Assembly (NCBI GenBank): GCA_951406725.2
Contig: OX597826.1
Location: 17,608,001-17,672,000 of the forward strand
Reading direction: 5' to 3'
From: Octopus vulgaris
Taxonomy: Eukaryota
DNA length: 64,000 bases
Position 1 is the first letter of the stretch. Each line of letters begins with the position of its first letter. The notes under the pieces are model-generated. The model was not told where the DNA came from. It searched no databases and worked only from the letters and a program-made list of their open reading frames with translations. Positions 50,796-64,000 of the stretch are shown here, piece after piece. Position numbers and translations under genes: made by a program.

Positions 50796-51458
50796 CAGGG
50801 TGACCACAAAGTCACGTACCATGGGAGATATCAAGTATGCTTTATTAGCAATGAAGTAGGTAATCCATTACAAATGTCCGAAGTGTTGGTCATGTAGCTC
50901 TAAACAAATGTTCATACGGAATTTGAAATTGTGATGAACCCTCTCAAATAGCTCTTCATTGCTGTTGACTTGTTCACACGCTTCAACAATTCTTTGAAGA
51001 AGATGTCCTTGGTCATGAATCTTTTCCCAATACACAAGGGATTTAATGTAGCTCCAGAAGCAAAAGTCCATGGGAGTTAAATCTGGTGACAATGGTGCCC
51101 ATAAAATTGGCTCGCGACACCCAAGCCAACTCCCTGGAAAATGTTAATTCAGAAAATCACAAACTTGTAATGCATGGTGGGGCAGAGCCCAATCTTGCTG
51201 AAACCAGACAGGATTTCCCCTTCTAAGTGAATGCATATGAGGTTTCATCTTGTTGCCAAGCATGTCCAGATACGAATCACCTGTCACAGAGCCCTCAAAA
51301 TAAAAAGGTCCAATTACTTAATTGTGCTAAATCCCACACTACACTATTACCTTGCCACCATCTTGTTGATTATCTGCCGTGGAAAAGAGATCAAAAGGAG
51401 AACGTTAGCAATTTCACATATTTGGTATGTGATGGTATGTGACTTTATGACCACCCTG
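50796..51458 (-). mobile_element. Internally deleted Tc1/mariner-superfamily element
   Basis: TA-flanked TIRs CAGGGTGACCACAAAGTCACGTACCAT / ATGGTATGTGACTTTATGACCACCCTG. Motifs WFQQD and SPDLTPMDFCFWSYIK. Confidence 0.9.
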
Positions 51459-54114
51459 TATTGTTGTACAATTTCATACTGAATCCAATTTTATGATTCA
51501 TTTATTCCAGAAAAATTTCAGAAAAATGTTTCAGAAGTTTGGTAATTTTTTATCTAATCAGAGAGCAGGATTTGGAAGCAAGTATTTTGTGCGTGATAGC
51601 TATATTTCATAAAATGAAAGCAATTATGTCATATGAAGAGAGGAAGGGACAGCATGTGTGAGAGGTAATACATATACAAAAAGAGCGTGTTAAAGAGCAT
51701 GATAAATAAATGGAGGGAAAGGTGTGCGATAGAGAGAGAGAGAGAGAGAGAGGGAGACTTGTTGATCTAAAAGTTGAGTTATTTCTTGAAGCAAATTACA
51801 TTTTTTGATTATTATTTATGGACAACCTTCTCTTTGGGATGAAGATTTTTAAAAAATCAAATTTGTTTTTCTTGAAAATGCACCATTTCAGAGCTTTTGG
51901 GGGGCTAAATACATACACTCTTGTGTATATATATATCCAAAATTTACTTAACAGAATAGCTATTTTACAGCTAGATGGCCCTTCTTAAAACTGAACACTT
52001 AACTATGAAGTTAGGTGTGGCAGTTTAAACAGAAAACAAATTATAAGCTGATCAATGAACTAATTGCTGTGTAAACTGTAACAAGTTATAACAATTAAAC
52101 AACATTATATATAGATGCCGGCATGGCTGTGTGGTAAGAAGCTTACTTCCCAACCACATGGTTTTGGGTTCAGTCCCATTGTGTGGCACCTTGGGAAAGT
52201 GTCTTCTAATATAGCCTTGGGCCAACCAAAGCCTTGTGAGTAGATTTGGTAGATGGAAACTGAAAGAAGCCCATCATATATAAATATATATGTATATGTT
52301 TGTGTGTCTGTGTTTGTCACCCCACCATTGTTTGACAACCGATTTTGGTATGTTTATGTCCCTGTAACTTAGAAGTTCTGCAAAAGAAACTGATAGAATA
52401 AGTACTAGGCTTACAAAGAATAAATCCTGGGGTCGATTAGTTTGACTAAAGGCGGTGCTCCAGCATGGCTGCAGTCAAATGACTGAAACAAGTAAAAGAG
52501 TAAAAGAATATATAGATATATATATATATTTAACCCTTTAGCATTCAAATTACTCTGATAAATGCAAAGCTTATTTATTTTAAATCAATCATTTATTATG
52601 TCACAGATTTGAAATTTTGATGATGTTCTTATTCTTTTATTTGTTTCAGTCATTTGACTGCAGCCATGCTGGAGCACCACCTTTAGTCGAACAAATCAAA
52701 CCCAGGATTTATTCTTTGTAAGCCTAGTACTTATTCTATCAGTCTGTTTTGCCGAACTGCTGAGTTACAGGGACATAAACAAACCAACATCGGTTGTCAA
52801 GCGATGGTGACAGGACAAACACAGACACACAAACATATATAATATATATATATATATCTATATATATATATATGTTATTGTTTATATTTAGAATGGCATA
52901 GTAGGGTAGGTGTGAGAGACTAGATTTGGCCAGTATAAACATAAAACAGGGTGGCATATTTGGGCTGGATATGGCTGGTTTAAATTCTAAAGGTTTATGT
53001 AGAAATATTACACACAAATCTTTCAGACAATAAAAAATAACAACAGAAAAGATATCCCTAAAGAGGTGAAGAATTACCCATCAAAGCAAAGTATCTCTTG
53101 ATAGGTGCTTCAAACACAGAATGTAAAACTACGTTTCTGAAATAACTGGGGAAATTATCTAAACACAAAGACCTGCAAATAGTTATTGAAATTGAAGATA
53201 CAAAGCAATCTTCACTATTAATAGGTGAACTTGGATTATATAATGTCACACAAGCAAATGTATAAACAACACCCAGTACACAGTGTATAAACTATATCAT
53301 TACTTAGTTAAGTTATTTCCAGTCAATGACAATACACTAATACTCAAAATATACTGAATTACACTCAGTTATGTAATGAAAAAAAAAACGGCTTCTGGGA
53401 AATAAAAACAGCAGCAGTAATAATAACTGTAACCAAAGACCTAATAGTGCTTTTGTAACCATGCTTTATCTTTGCTACCTGTGCTCCCTTTTTGAATGGT
53501 TTTCATGTCTAAAAGTTTATGCCTTAGCCCTGACAATACAACCTTTGCGTGTCATGTCAAAGGACCGGCTGCTGTATGCCACCACTTCTCAAAGTCCTCT
53601 CCTTTTTGTTTTGCATGGTGTCATGTTTTGTGTCTCTCAATGTTCTTCTTGTTATTTACACTTTAGTGAATCTGGTTTTGTGTTTGCTGTTTTTGTTTGT
53701 CGAGTTTTTTCTTTTTTGTTCTTGTGTTTTTCCATGCTGTTGCTTTTGCTGTCTGTGTCTTGCTGAAGGGGTGAAAGTCATTATATTCTAGTCACTTTAA
53801 CTGTTTTTACTGTTCTGGTGTGGTTGTAGTTGGGGGTGGATGGTTGGTGTCATGTCCAACACCTCCTTCACTTTTGTTCCACACTGGCTCATGGAGGTGA
53901 GAATGAAGGTAAATTCTTCACTCCTTCACAGGACACTGCTTCTGTGTTTGAGCTTCTGCAAAGAATCTCTCCTGCCCTGTCAATACTTCTGATGCTCAAA
54001 ACTGTGTGACTGCCACCAGTTTTGTCCTTTGCTTCTCACACAACTTTTTACCACAAACTGTTCTCTGTATTATTTGACTAAATATCAGAGGTGGAAAAGG
54101 GTAATAGTATGTCC

Positions 54115-54530
54115 GGAGTAGCTGTGTGGTAAGTAGCTTGCTAACCAACCACATGGTCGCGGGTTCAGTCCCACTGCGTGGCATCTTGGGCAAGTGTCTT
54201 CTGCTATAGCCCCGGGCCGACCAATGCCTTGCGAGTGGATTTAGTAGACGGAAACTGAAAGAAGCCTGTCGTATATATGTATATATATATGTGTGTGTGT
54301 GTGTGTGTATGTGTTTGTGTGTCTGTGTTTGTCCCCCTAGCATTGCTTGACAACCGATGCTGGTGTGTTTACGTCCCCGTTACTTAGCGGTTCGGCAAAA
54401 GAGACCAATAGAATAAGTACTGGGCTTACAAACAATAAGTCCCAGGGTCGATTTGATCGACTAAAGGCGGTGCTCCAGCATGACCGCAGTCAAAATGACT
54501 GAAACAAGTAAAAGAGTAAAAGAGTAAGAG
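54115..54530 (+). mobile_element. tRNA-derived SINE family A, full length
   Basis: Head GGAGTAGCTGTGTGGTAAG...GGTTCAGTCCC, central (TA/TG)n, tail GACTGAAACAAGTAAAAGAG. Other copies at 52113-52509(+), 59864-60259(+), 52628-52840(-), 60752-61177(-), 61952-62348(-), 13893-14121(+), 15727-15990(-) and 16595-16730(-). Confidence 0.9.
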
Positions 54531-54699
54531 TATATTTTCCCAGAACTGTCTTATTTCTGCAATGTTATTACCAGTTCGAATATGCCAGTGCTGAGCTCAA
54601 ATTCGTAAACAAGCTGTAGACAAATGGCGTAAATACACATAATTCAGCTTGCAACACTACCTATCAAGACTGAGAAATGCAAGCATTTCAGAATGATTA

Positions 54700-55306
54700 T
54701 CTCCTGGATCAACCAAGATTGTGCAAATGGTACATGTATGGTTGTGACTGAACTATAGCCTCACATTATGGGAGCAAAAATCCTCACTGCATTTGGTAAG
54801 GAAGACATAGTATTTATACCTAGAATACCCCTAATACCAACAGATGTCCCCTTCCATTTCAAACAATTGCAATTCCCAGTGAGAGTCAGTTATGCATTGA
54901 CCATTAATAAGTCCCAAGGTCAAACACTGCAGGTTGTTGCTCACCATCTAGAAGAGGGCTGTTTCTCACATGGTCAATTGTATCTAGGTTGTTCCTGATT
55001 AGGAAACCCACAGGAACTCTTCATATATGCTTCAAAGAAAAAAGTTTAAAGACATTGTATGTACAGAAGCTCTGTAAATGTTTTATGATTTTTATATATA
55101 AGACATTTCTCTATTATTACCTATGGTTACTTTCTGTTTTTAGATATTCTAAATGAATTTGTAAAATTACATTATGCAATATTTGAATACTTTTGAACAA
55201 CTTTTAATGTAAGGAAAATGTGCATTATGATAGATACCAATATGTACCTTACGAATACATTTCAACACTGCATACACCGGGCCAAAGGCTGGGAGGCTCG
55301 CTGGTA
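54700..55306 (+). mobile_element. Helitron 3' remnant (PIF1-like helicase C-terminus)
   Basis: VFIPRIPLIPTDVPFHFKQLQFPVRVSYALTINKSQGQTL...FSHGQLY. A GC-rich hairpin and CTAG-like end lie near 55276-55305. Confidence 0.85.
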
Positions 55307-55319
55307 TATGTATATGTAT

Positions 55320-56030
55320 TTAACTTGGTGCTGAGGCCCCCTCCTAGAGACAACGGGTAACCATGTACTCCCACACCTTTCAGTCATGGTTGGAGCATTG
55401 GTGACTGAACCGGCTACCCTCTTGGTTCAATTTCCTGGATCTAGGAGGTGGGTGTGAAGGCACCTATCAGAACTAAAAACAAGATCTGTTCAGACAAAGA
55501 ACTCAGTCCTACATCTGTGACTGGGCAGGCCTATTTTGAAACACTCCTGCTCACACTGAATAGGGAAGAAACCTAGAAAAGATGGGCTAACAATCGGATG
55601 TCACCACAGAATCTTGGCTGGTAAGGCATATCCAGCAGGACACTCGTTCAAGCAGTTGAACGACAGAAATTAAATTAAACAAATTAATTAAACTAACCAT
55701 TGGAACATGGAACGTGCAAACGCTCATTGATCCTCCAGACACAGAGAAACCAGAACGTACAACAGCTCCTATCTCCAAAGAACTAGCGAGACTTAACATT
55801 GACATCACTGCCCTTAGTAAAACATGTCTATTTGGGGAAGGAAAGACTGAAGAGATAGGTTCAGGTTAGACCTCCTGGAAAGAGAAAGAAGAAAGAGAGA
55901 GGAAAATTCACGGAGTCACTTTTGCTGTAAAATCCAAGCTTGTGAAGGAACACCATCAGAAACCTTCAGCTATCAATAAATGGCTTATGACTCTCCAAAG
56001 TATTGATCTCTGCCACCATCTTTATGACAC
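55320..56030 (+). mobile_element. 5' end of an RTE/BovB-like LINE (leader plus APE endonuclease N-terminus), decayed
   Basis: Plus-strand translation from about 55690: KLTIGTWNVQTLIDPPDTEKPERTTAPISKELARLNIDITALSKTCLFGEG, typical of RTE endonucleases. In-frame stops follow. Confidence 0.85.
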
Positions 56031-56661
56031 TGATCTCTGCTAACATACTTCTTAACATTGAAAAAAAAAAATAAATAAAATAAAAAAGTTGAAACACTCT
56101 TCTAATATTATTATTCTAATAGAGTTAGCAGACATGCTAAGCTTTTCAGCTGCAGAGAAATGAAACAAGTGTTTTGGTTTATCTCTGCTACAAAACAAAA
56201 ATATATCATTATCAGCATCATTAATATAAGGAACCATTTCAACAGAGACTTTGACAGATTTTTTTTTAAAGTGTCTCTTGATTTCACAATCAGCACCCAC
56301 CAATGCCAAGACACCACTGCTGCCGCTACCACCACTGCTATCAATACCACCACCACCACATCCACCACTGTGTTTGCTAATATTTACAATTGATATTTTT
56401 GACAAAAAAAAAAAAATACTTGGCAAGCCTACTTTGATAGTGATTTTTGTATAAAAAAAAATTGGGTCAGTGAAAGAATGTGTCTTGCTTCTGCTGCTGC
56501 TACAACTACTATTACCCAACCATTATTTAAAAACAAAAAGCCTACTTGTCAGGACAACATGTCATTGACAGTCAGCTACCCACAATCATTCACTAAATCA
56601 ATCAATCAAACATTCTTTCTGTCATCCATTTCTATCTACTTGTCTATCTATCTAAATACCT

Positions 56662-57517
56662 TTAACCCCTGAATGGATTATCCCGAGTTTACTCATGTAT
56701 CACAAATGTATCTTTTTAGAACCAGACGAGTATACTTGGTCAAAATTAACTTTTAATTTTAGCACTCAAACGAGTTTATTTCTTTTGTGTCGTTTCATTT
56801 TTGAGCAATCACAAATTTACTCGTGTTGTTTAAAAAAAATAAGTACTTTTTCATTTGATGGATTTGGCTATCTGGAATGCTTATGTTTTGAATAAAGCAT
56901 CTTTGGAAACTTCAGTTTCTGCTATGAAACCACTGAAATTTAGAATGCAAATAATCACCAAGATAATTGAAAAATATAGGCCCTTATTGCCTCCCACGAA
57001 ACCAGGAAGACCATCATCAATCCCACATCCAACAAGATTTGCCCCAGCTGGTCACTTTCTCATGGAAATACCACCAAGTGGTAAGAAAAAGAACCCTACA
57101 AGACAGTGTGCAAAATGTGCAAGAGAAGAGAGAAGCATAAGGAAAGAAGATTCAAAGAGAAAGCAGATACATGTGTGATGTCTGCAAGATAACTTTGTGT
57201 GTAACTCTTTGTTTTAAAAATTATCGTTCTAAATAAACTATCTCATTTAAAAAAAAATTTCCTTTGATTTAAAAGCAATACATCTTATAAAAAAATCAAA
57301 GATAGTTAAGTAATATGTACTTTTTCAATGTCCAAGTTAACTCATTTAAATCCAAATGAGTAAAAGTACGTTTTAATTCCTATAATAAAAAATAAAGGAT
57401 AGATAAAAAACTTTTTTTTTGTAATTAACACAGTGTATATAATTAAAAAAGGAAATATAAAAAATATGCTCTGAAATGAAACTCCATGACAAAATGATTG
57501 ATCCACTAAAGGATTAA
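56662..57517 (+). mobile_element. piggyBac deletion derivative (transposase C-terminus)
   Basis: TTAA at both ends with short imperfect TIRs. DLAIWNAYVL...GHFL..KKKNPTRQCAKC, plus a frameshifted Cys-rich tail YMCDVCKITLCVTLCF. Confidence 0.85.
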
Positions 57518-57620
57518 CATAATTTTTGTCTCCAAAATATATTTGGAAATCTGTCAAAGAGGTGATAATTACAACCAAATTATATTTCACAAACATCTCC
57601 ACCACCAACACATCACCACT

Positions 57621-57856
57621 ACCTATTTCTTTACTACCCACAAGGGGCTAAACACAGAAGGAACAAACAAGGACAGACAAACGGATTAGGTCGATTATAT
57701 CGACCCCAGTGCATAACTGGTACTTATTTAATCGACCCCAAAAGGATGAAAGGCAAAGTTGACCTCAGCAGAATTTGAACTCAGAACATAGCAGCAGACA
57801 AAATACCGCAAAGCATTTCACCCGGCGTGCTAACGTTTCTGCCAGCTCGCTGCCTT
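57621..57856 (-). mobile_element. SINE family B
   Basis: Full length, flanked by ATCACCACT. Older copies at about 4122-4335, 7400-7620, 7803-7940, 11545-11770, 29085-29275, 44255-44452 and 58190-58710. Confidence 0.85.
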
Positions 57857-58705
57857 CATATCACCACTTCCAGTCCTTATTCAACAAAATTCTTACTACA
57901 CCCAATCTGTACCGCAAACATCATCACAATACACCAACAGCACACACTTAACTAACCAAAACCAACTTTTTCTCTAAACCTTACAAAGTCATGACAGTTA
58001 TCAGTTTAATGCAATGTAACATTAATCCTTATTTCAATCCAGTTTCCTTTCGCCTAGGCTAATATTTTCTTCTCTTTCTTTAAACTTCAACATTTCCTTA
58101 TTACTATCTCCCCATTATGTTAAGCAAGGAAACAGTTTTTCATGGGATCGTTGTCTTTACTAGCCAGTTTAAGCTGTTTTTAAAGATCTTGTACTACTGC
58201 CGGTAGAATTGTTAGCAAGTCAAACAAATTGCTTAGTAGCATTTCTTCCACTGAGGTTAACTTTCCCTTACATCCTTTTAGATCCATAAAATAAAGTACC
58301 AGTTGAGCACTGGGGTACATGTAATTGACTGGACCCCTCCCACCAAATTTCAGGCTTCATGCCTAGAGTACAAATAATTATTCTGATTCTCCTTATTATT
58401 TTTGTAATTGTTATTAAGGCGCTGAACTGCCAGAATTGTTTGCACAACTTTTATTCTTTTAGGATTGATAAAATAAATACCAATTGAACACTGAGGTCAA
58501 TAAAGTCGACTTACTCCCTCTCCCTAAATTACCGGTCTTGTGCCAAAATTTGAAACCATTTTTATTATTATTATCAAGGCAGACTTATTAGCATGCCAAG
58601 CAAAATGTTTAGCGGCATTTTGTCCATCTTCACATTCTGAGTTTAAATTCTGCCAAAGTCAGTAAGTTGAGCACTGAAACTTATGGCTTTGTACCAAAAT
58701 TTGAA

Positions 58706-58737
<32 letters not shown>

Positions 58738-59863
58738 CATTATTATTATTATCTCTCTCTCTGATTCATGTGTATACAAATGCACAAGTCAGTGTGTGTG
58801 TTTGTGTGTGTGCGTGTGAGTGTGTTCACAGATGATTATCATTTTCTCACTGTGAATGACATGTCTGACATTCCATCTATGACCTTTCAGATGACTGTTC
58901 AGTCCTGTTGATCTGCATGGTTTGAACCATAGGTATGAGGCAAAAATCTGTCACTCATTGTGTTTCCAACTGTTTAGGTCTGCACACGTTGCCACTTTTC
59001 TATCACCATGGGGCTTTCAGTAGATGGGATGACAAATGAGGTCACCAGTAAAGAGACATATGTATGTCATTGAATTATAGTGATAAAAACACTTGTACAA
59101 CACGAGTCTCCTTGATTAACATCTAGTTGTAGGCTAAAGCAAGATAACCAGTAATCGTGCAAAACTGCAAGTTTTACATCAGACTCTCTTACAAATATGT
59201 CGTGACCACAGCTAAGCGTCATTCATCCTCAGAGGTTTTATTGTGTGCCCTGACTTAAAACCATCAGTATTTCTACACCCACATGTTATCATGTATGTTA
59301 GTTGGTGTGCAGTTGGGATCCTGACAGATGGTACTACTCTAGATCAGAGTAGGGAAACAATAATGGCTAACAAATGGTTCCACATTCCTCAAAACACTGG
59401 GACTCTTGAACCAGAGGCCCACTACCGCATGCAGTTTAATGTCATACCCAGGACACACACACACATATATATATATACACATATACACACATCAAAATGA
59501 AAGTAAATATTACACAAGTCTCTGACATGTATTTTCTTCACAAAACCCAAAATTTGTCACTTTTATGGAGAAATACCCATCTCCCTATTTAAGCAAACAC
59601 ATCACCATTGCAGCCATAGACGTCACCACCACCACCGCCACCACTGTGTTCAACATCAGTACCATTATTTCTAGTCTGTTATTTCCATGCTGCTGTAGGT
59701 TTAATGGGTCATGATGGTCTGGTTTATTTGGCAGAAACAACAGCATAAAACAGGTCAACTTTTAAGTCATACAGTGTGGACTGAGTTTATTTTATCATGC
59801 TACCAGCAGTGAAGCTGTCATGTTGCTCCATGGAAGGAGATAAGAGGCCCCGCTACACAGTGT

Positions 59864-60259
59864 AGGCGTAGGAGTGGCTGTGTGGTAAGTAGCTTGCTTA
59901 CCAACCACATGGTTCCGGGTTCAGTCCCACTGCATGGCGCCTTGGGCAAGTGTCTTCTACTATAGCCTTCAGGCCGACCAAAGTCTTGTGAGTGGATTTG
60001 GTAGACAGAAACTGAAAGAAGCCCGTTGTATATATGTATATGCAGATAAGTGTGTGTGTTTGTCCCCCCCACCCACTCAACACTGCTTGACAACCGATGC
60101 TGGTGTGTTTACGTCCCCGTAACTTAGCGGTTCGGCAAGAGACCGATAGAATAAGTACTAGGCTTACAGAGAATAAGTCCTGGGGTCGATTTGCTTGACT
60201 AAAGGCAGTGCTCCAGCATGTCTGCAGTCAGGTGACTGAAACAAGTAAAAGAGAGAGAG
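59864..60259 (+). mobile_element. tRNA-derived SINE family A, full length
   Basis: Near-identical to 54115-54530. Confidence 0.9.
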
Positions 60260-60971
60260 TGTCAATTCCTATTTAGAGTTACTGCTCTACACAATTGGTA
60301 ACCGGCATTGTGGCTTCTGAAGTCCATGTCTTGCTCGTATGTTCCATTTCGGCATGTTTTCTGATGATTGGATACCCTTCCTACTAACAACCACTTTCTA
60401 GCATGCCTTTTATCACGCCACCTACAAGGGGATTAAAGAGTTTTCTTGGATCTAAGCTAAATTTCTTCCATCCACACAAAGTTTTTCAAATTTTCACCAG
60501 ATATTTTTCAATGTAGTGCATGCTGATGTAAAAAAAAAATCATTCTCTTTTATTAGAAATAAATAATAAAGTTACAAATATTGAAAAATTATGTAATTTT
60601 AGCCAATCAGAGCATCCATTGTTGAGATTATCATCTGTGCTGATCTCTGTTGCCATTGATATTATATGTGCTTTCTTGCTTTTTTTCTTATTATTAAATT
60701 GTAAATTGGTTAAAAGAAAAAGGCGAAAGTCAATTCTTTCTCCACTACCAATCTTTTCTTTTACTTGTTTCAGTCATTTGGCTGTGGCCATGTTGGGACA
60801 TGAAGAATTTTTAGTCAAATGTATCAACCCCAGTACTTATTTATTAAAGCCTACTAATTATTCTATTAGTCTCTTTCACCAAACTGCTAAGTCACAAGGA
60901 TGTAAACACAGTGGTACTGGTTGCCAAGCAGTAATGGTGATAGGGACAAACAGACACAAAAACACACATAC

Positions 60972-61008
<37 letters not shown>

Positions 61009-64000
61009 TGTATATGACAGGCTTCTTTCAGTTTCTGTCTATCAAATCCACTCATAAGGCTTTGGTCAGCCCAAAGGTATGACAGAAGACACTCACCTAA
61101 AGTGCAATGCAGTGGGACTGAACCCCAAACTATGTGGTTAGGAAGCAAGCTTCTTACCATATAGCTATGTTTGTGCCTTTATTTACAATTTTATCATAAC
61201 AGAAAAGTACAAACAATATTGATCTGTTGTGCCTAGTAAATGTCGGGAATTGATAAAAGATTACATCCTTAGAGATTCATCATCATCATCGTTTAACGTC
61301 CGTTTTCCGCGCTAGCACGGGTTGGACGGTTCGACCGGGGTCTGGGAAGCCAGGGGCTGCACCAGGCTCCAGTCTGATCTGGTAGTGTTTCTACAGCTGG
61401 ATGCCCTTCCTAACGCCAACCACTCCGCGAGTGTAGTGGGTGCTTTTTACGTGCCACCGGCACAGGTGCCAGGGGAGTCTGGCAGTGGCCACGATCAGTT
61501 GGTGCTTTTAACGTGCCTTAACAAATTTAAATGTTATTTATAACATCCAATAAGTGAAAAAGTTTTGGGCATGCCTCAAGCAAAGAAATAAAATGGAAAT
61601 AAATATTTGTCTTTTTTGTTTTTCAAATGTTATGGTGTTATGGAGTAGTTTAAAGAAGATTTGGCTGCTATTTGTAAAGGTTTCACATGAGTTGATCTCC
61701 ATGGCAACGGAGATCAGCATAAACAATAATGTCAACAATGGAGGCTTTTGATTGGCTAAAATTACATACTTTTAAATGCATGTAACTATGTCAAAATTAT
61801 GTTTTGAAAAATAATTTGGAGGAAACTCAAAAAACTTCAAAGACCAAAAGAAACTTAACAAGATCCATCTCCTTTAAATTATATCAGTTCTAATTTAGAA
61901 TTACTACCCTCCTAAATGGATAGCCTGCATTGCATCTTGTGGAGTGCACAGCTTTTATCTTCTATCTTTAACTTGTTTAAGTTGAGGGGCTGCGGACATG
62001 CTGGGGCACCACCATGAAGAATGAATTGTCCCTAGGATTTATTATTATTTTTTAAATCCTGGCACTTATTCTATCGATCTCTTTGCTAAACCACTAAGTG
62101 ACAGGGATGTAAACACACCAGCACTAGTTGTCAAACAGTGGGGTTAGGGTGGGGGGATGAGGACAAACAGACACAAAAACATACACACACATATATATAT
62201 AAACAATGAGTTTCTTCCAGTTCCTATCAACCAAATCCACTCACAAGACTTTGGTTGGCCTGAGGCGATAGAAGACACTTGCTTAAGGGACTGAACTGAG
62301 AACAATGTGGTTGGGAAGCAAACTTCCTACCACACAGCCATGCCTGCATCTGATCATACATTCTTTCGAAGTTGGGGAGGGCCTTAGCTACAGAATGAGA
62401 GTCATGGTAATGAGCTGATGTAGCTTGGCATAGAGGTTGACTCTGCTGAGTGAGAAGAGATTGGAGGTTGGAAAAGTATTCTGAATCACTGGGAGTGAAA
62501 CAGCATCAATAGCACTATGTAGAGGGTTATATCGAAAAGTTCTCTTGAAGTTGGATTGTAAAGGTAAAAGAGGTAAAGAGCTCCTTCGATCATGAAAGGC
62601 CATGGGATAAGTTACTCTCCGAAGCATAAGTCCAGACAGGTTGTTTATGGAAGATCCACAGTTGCCCATGCATACTGATTTCTCCTCTTCACCCCACCTA
62701 TGTTACCCAAGGGAACAGCAAAGGCCGATGCAGCTTGGCACCAGTGACATTGCAACTCATTTCTGCAGCTGAGTGAACTGGAGCAACATAAAATAAAGTG
62801 CCTTGCTGAAGAACACAACACACAACCCGGGCTGGGAATCGAACTCCCCACCTCATGATAGTGAGCTCTAACTATTGAGCCATGCACTTCCACATTGTAG
62901 TCTTCTTGCTTTAATGTGGTAAGGTGGATGGATGTGTATAGTGTCCCAAAATGTGATGGGGGGTATAAATAAACAGAGTATGTTTATAAGAGAAAGAAAC
63001 GAAGAGGAAAAAAAGAAATACAGAGATATAACGAGGAAAGAAAAGAAACAGGTGACAATGAGGTGGCTAGATATAATAAATAAATACGGAAACATTTTAT
63101 AATGAAATATGTTTAAGGTAAGAAAGTTCTGATTTTGCTTCTGACCAATCATAATCTTTCAAATTTAACTGAGAATTTGTTAGTCAGATATGTGCATGTT
63201 GAACACCTTTCAAAACATTCTCTCCTCTCCCCGTCAGGTTAATATATGCGGCATGTTTATAAGAAAGAGGTGGAGAAGAAAGGAATGAAAGAGGCAGTAA
63301 AGTGAATAAAATGGGGGTAGATAATAGACTACATAGAGAGACTTTAAAACTGAGAGAAAGTCACACCGTCAATGGTAATGAGGATATTTGCTCATTAATC
63401 AAGTCAAACCTTCTTTTATCTTTCTTTGTATTTTTCTTCCTTTTTCTTCAGTTCTTTTGCTTTCATGTTTGCAGGAAGGTGAATATATGGTGGCTATTAA
63501 AGTCCTTGGCAACTGGTTCATTATTCTAGAGTTGAAATCTGGCTTGTACTATTTAAAAGCACCATAGCATTTGTTGTTCTACTGTTATCAGTTGGTTGTG
63601 TTGCAGCCACATCCATTCTAAGACACACACACACAGACAGACAGACAGAGCCAATGAATGAGCTTTTATGTAGTTGCTTGACCTGCAAAAAATAGCAATC
63701 CAGTTTACTTGCTTAGCACCTTTCCTTCTCAAAAAGGTAAGGGCACAATGGACAATGTAGGGATGGTAGTGTCTTGGTCTGCTTTAATCATAGGCATGAT
63801 CAGTCAGGGCAAACCCGGAGATAAGCAACAACAACAACAACCGGGGCCACCGCAAAATGACATCAGTTTTTTTTTAGCTGTGAACACAGCACAGACAAAA
63901 TATAACTGAATCACTTTCCTTTTATGGTGTCAAGCCACGAAACTTCTAGAGTTCAAACTGAACCTGGACTGTATTAATCCCACCCAGGAGGTGGGAAACA

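Noticed and set aside
53078-53172. Possible 95-nt minus-strand exon (SLCLDNFPSYFRNVVLHSVFEAPIKRYFALM)
   Set aside because: The splice sites are plausible, but there is no COMMD8 similarity and the open frame is out of phase with the next exon. It could only be a cryptic or non-coding exon.
54768-54998. Host PIF1 helicase gene
   Set aside because: A fragment with adjacent stops and a Helitron-type 3' end.
63100-63185. Minus-strand LKDYDWS resembling the COMMD8 DFDW motif
   Set aside because: There is an in-frame TGA ten codons upstream of the DYDW and no GT donor at the required position three codons after the Trp.

Overview
AT-rich, repeat-saturated animal genomic DNA, almost certainly from an octopus or other coleoid cephalopod. 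The organism call is inferred from the tRNA-derived SINE families, RTE LINEs with (TGA)n tails and dense (TA)n/(ATT)n microsatellites. The only confidently recognised host gene is COMMD8 on the minus strand: a 156-nt exon (48558-48713) and a 24-nt terminal coding exon (33280-33303), separated by a 15.3-kb intron. Its upstream exons appear to lie beyond the right edge of the window. A candidate terminal exon of an unidentified plus-strand gene lies at 6860-6985. The rest is mostly decayed mobile DNA (Tc1/mariner, piggyBac, Helitron, RTE, Tx1/L1, R4/Dong, Penelope-like remnants, SINEs), and almost all supplied ORFs are microsatellite or transposon artefacts. The most interesting signals are RNA structures inside retroelements: (1) three families of minimal type-I hammerhead-like motifs, one in a tRNA-headed SINE with an inverted partial copy; (2) a two-level tandem array in an RTE 3' UTR whose 62-bp unit encodes a hairpin plus a pseudoknot; (3) an HDV-like crossed-helix fold in an RTE 5' leader; (4) a PHD finger embedded in an RTE reverse transcriptase; (5) several long inverted repeats within the inferred COMMD8 pre-mRNA. 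All structures were read by eye; no database search or folding program was run. Repeat boundaries are approximate unless a TIR or TSD is quoted.
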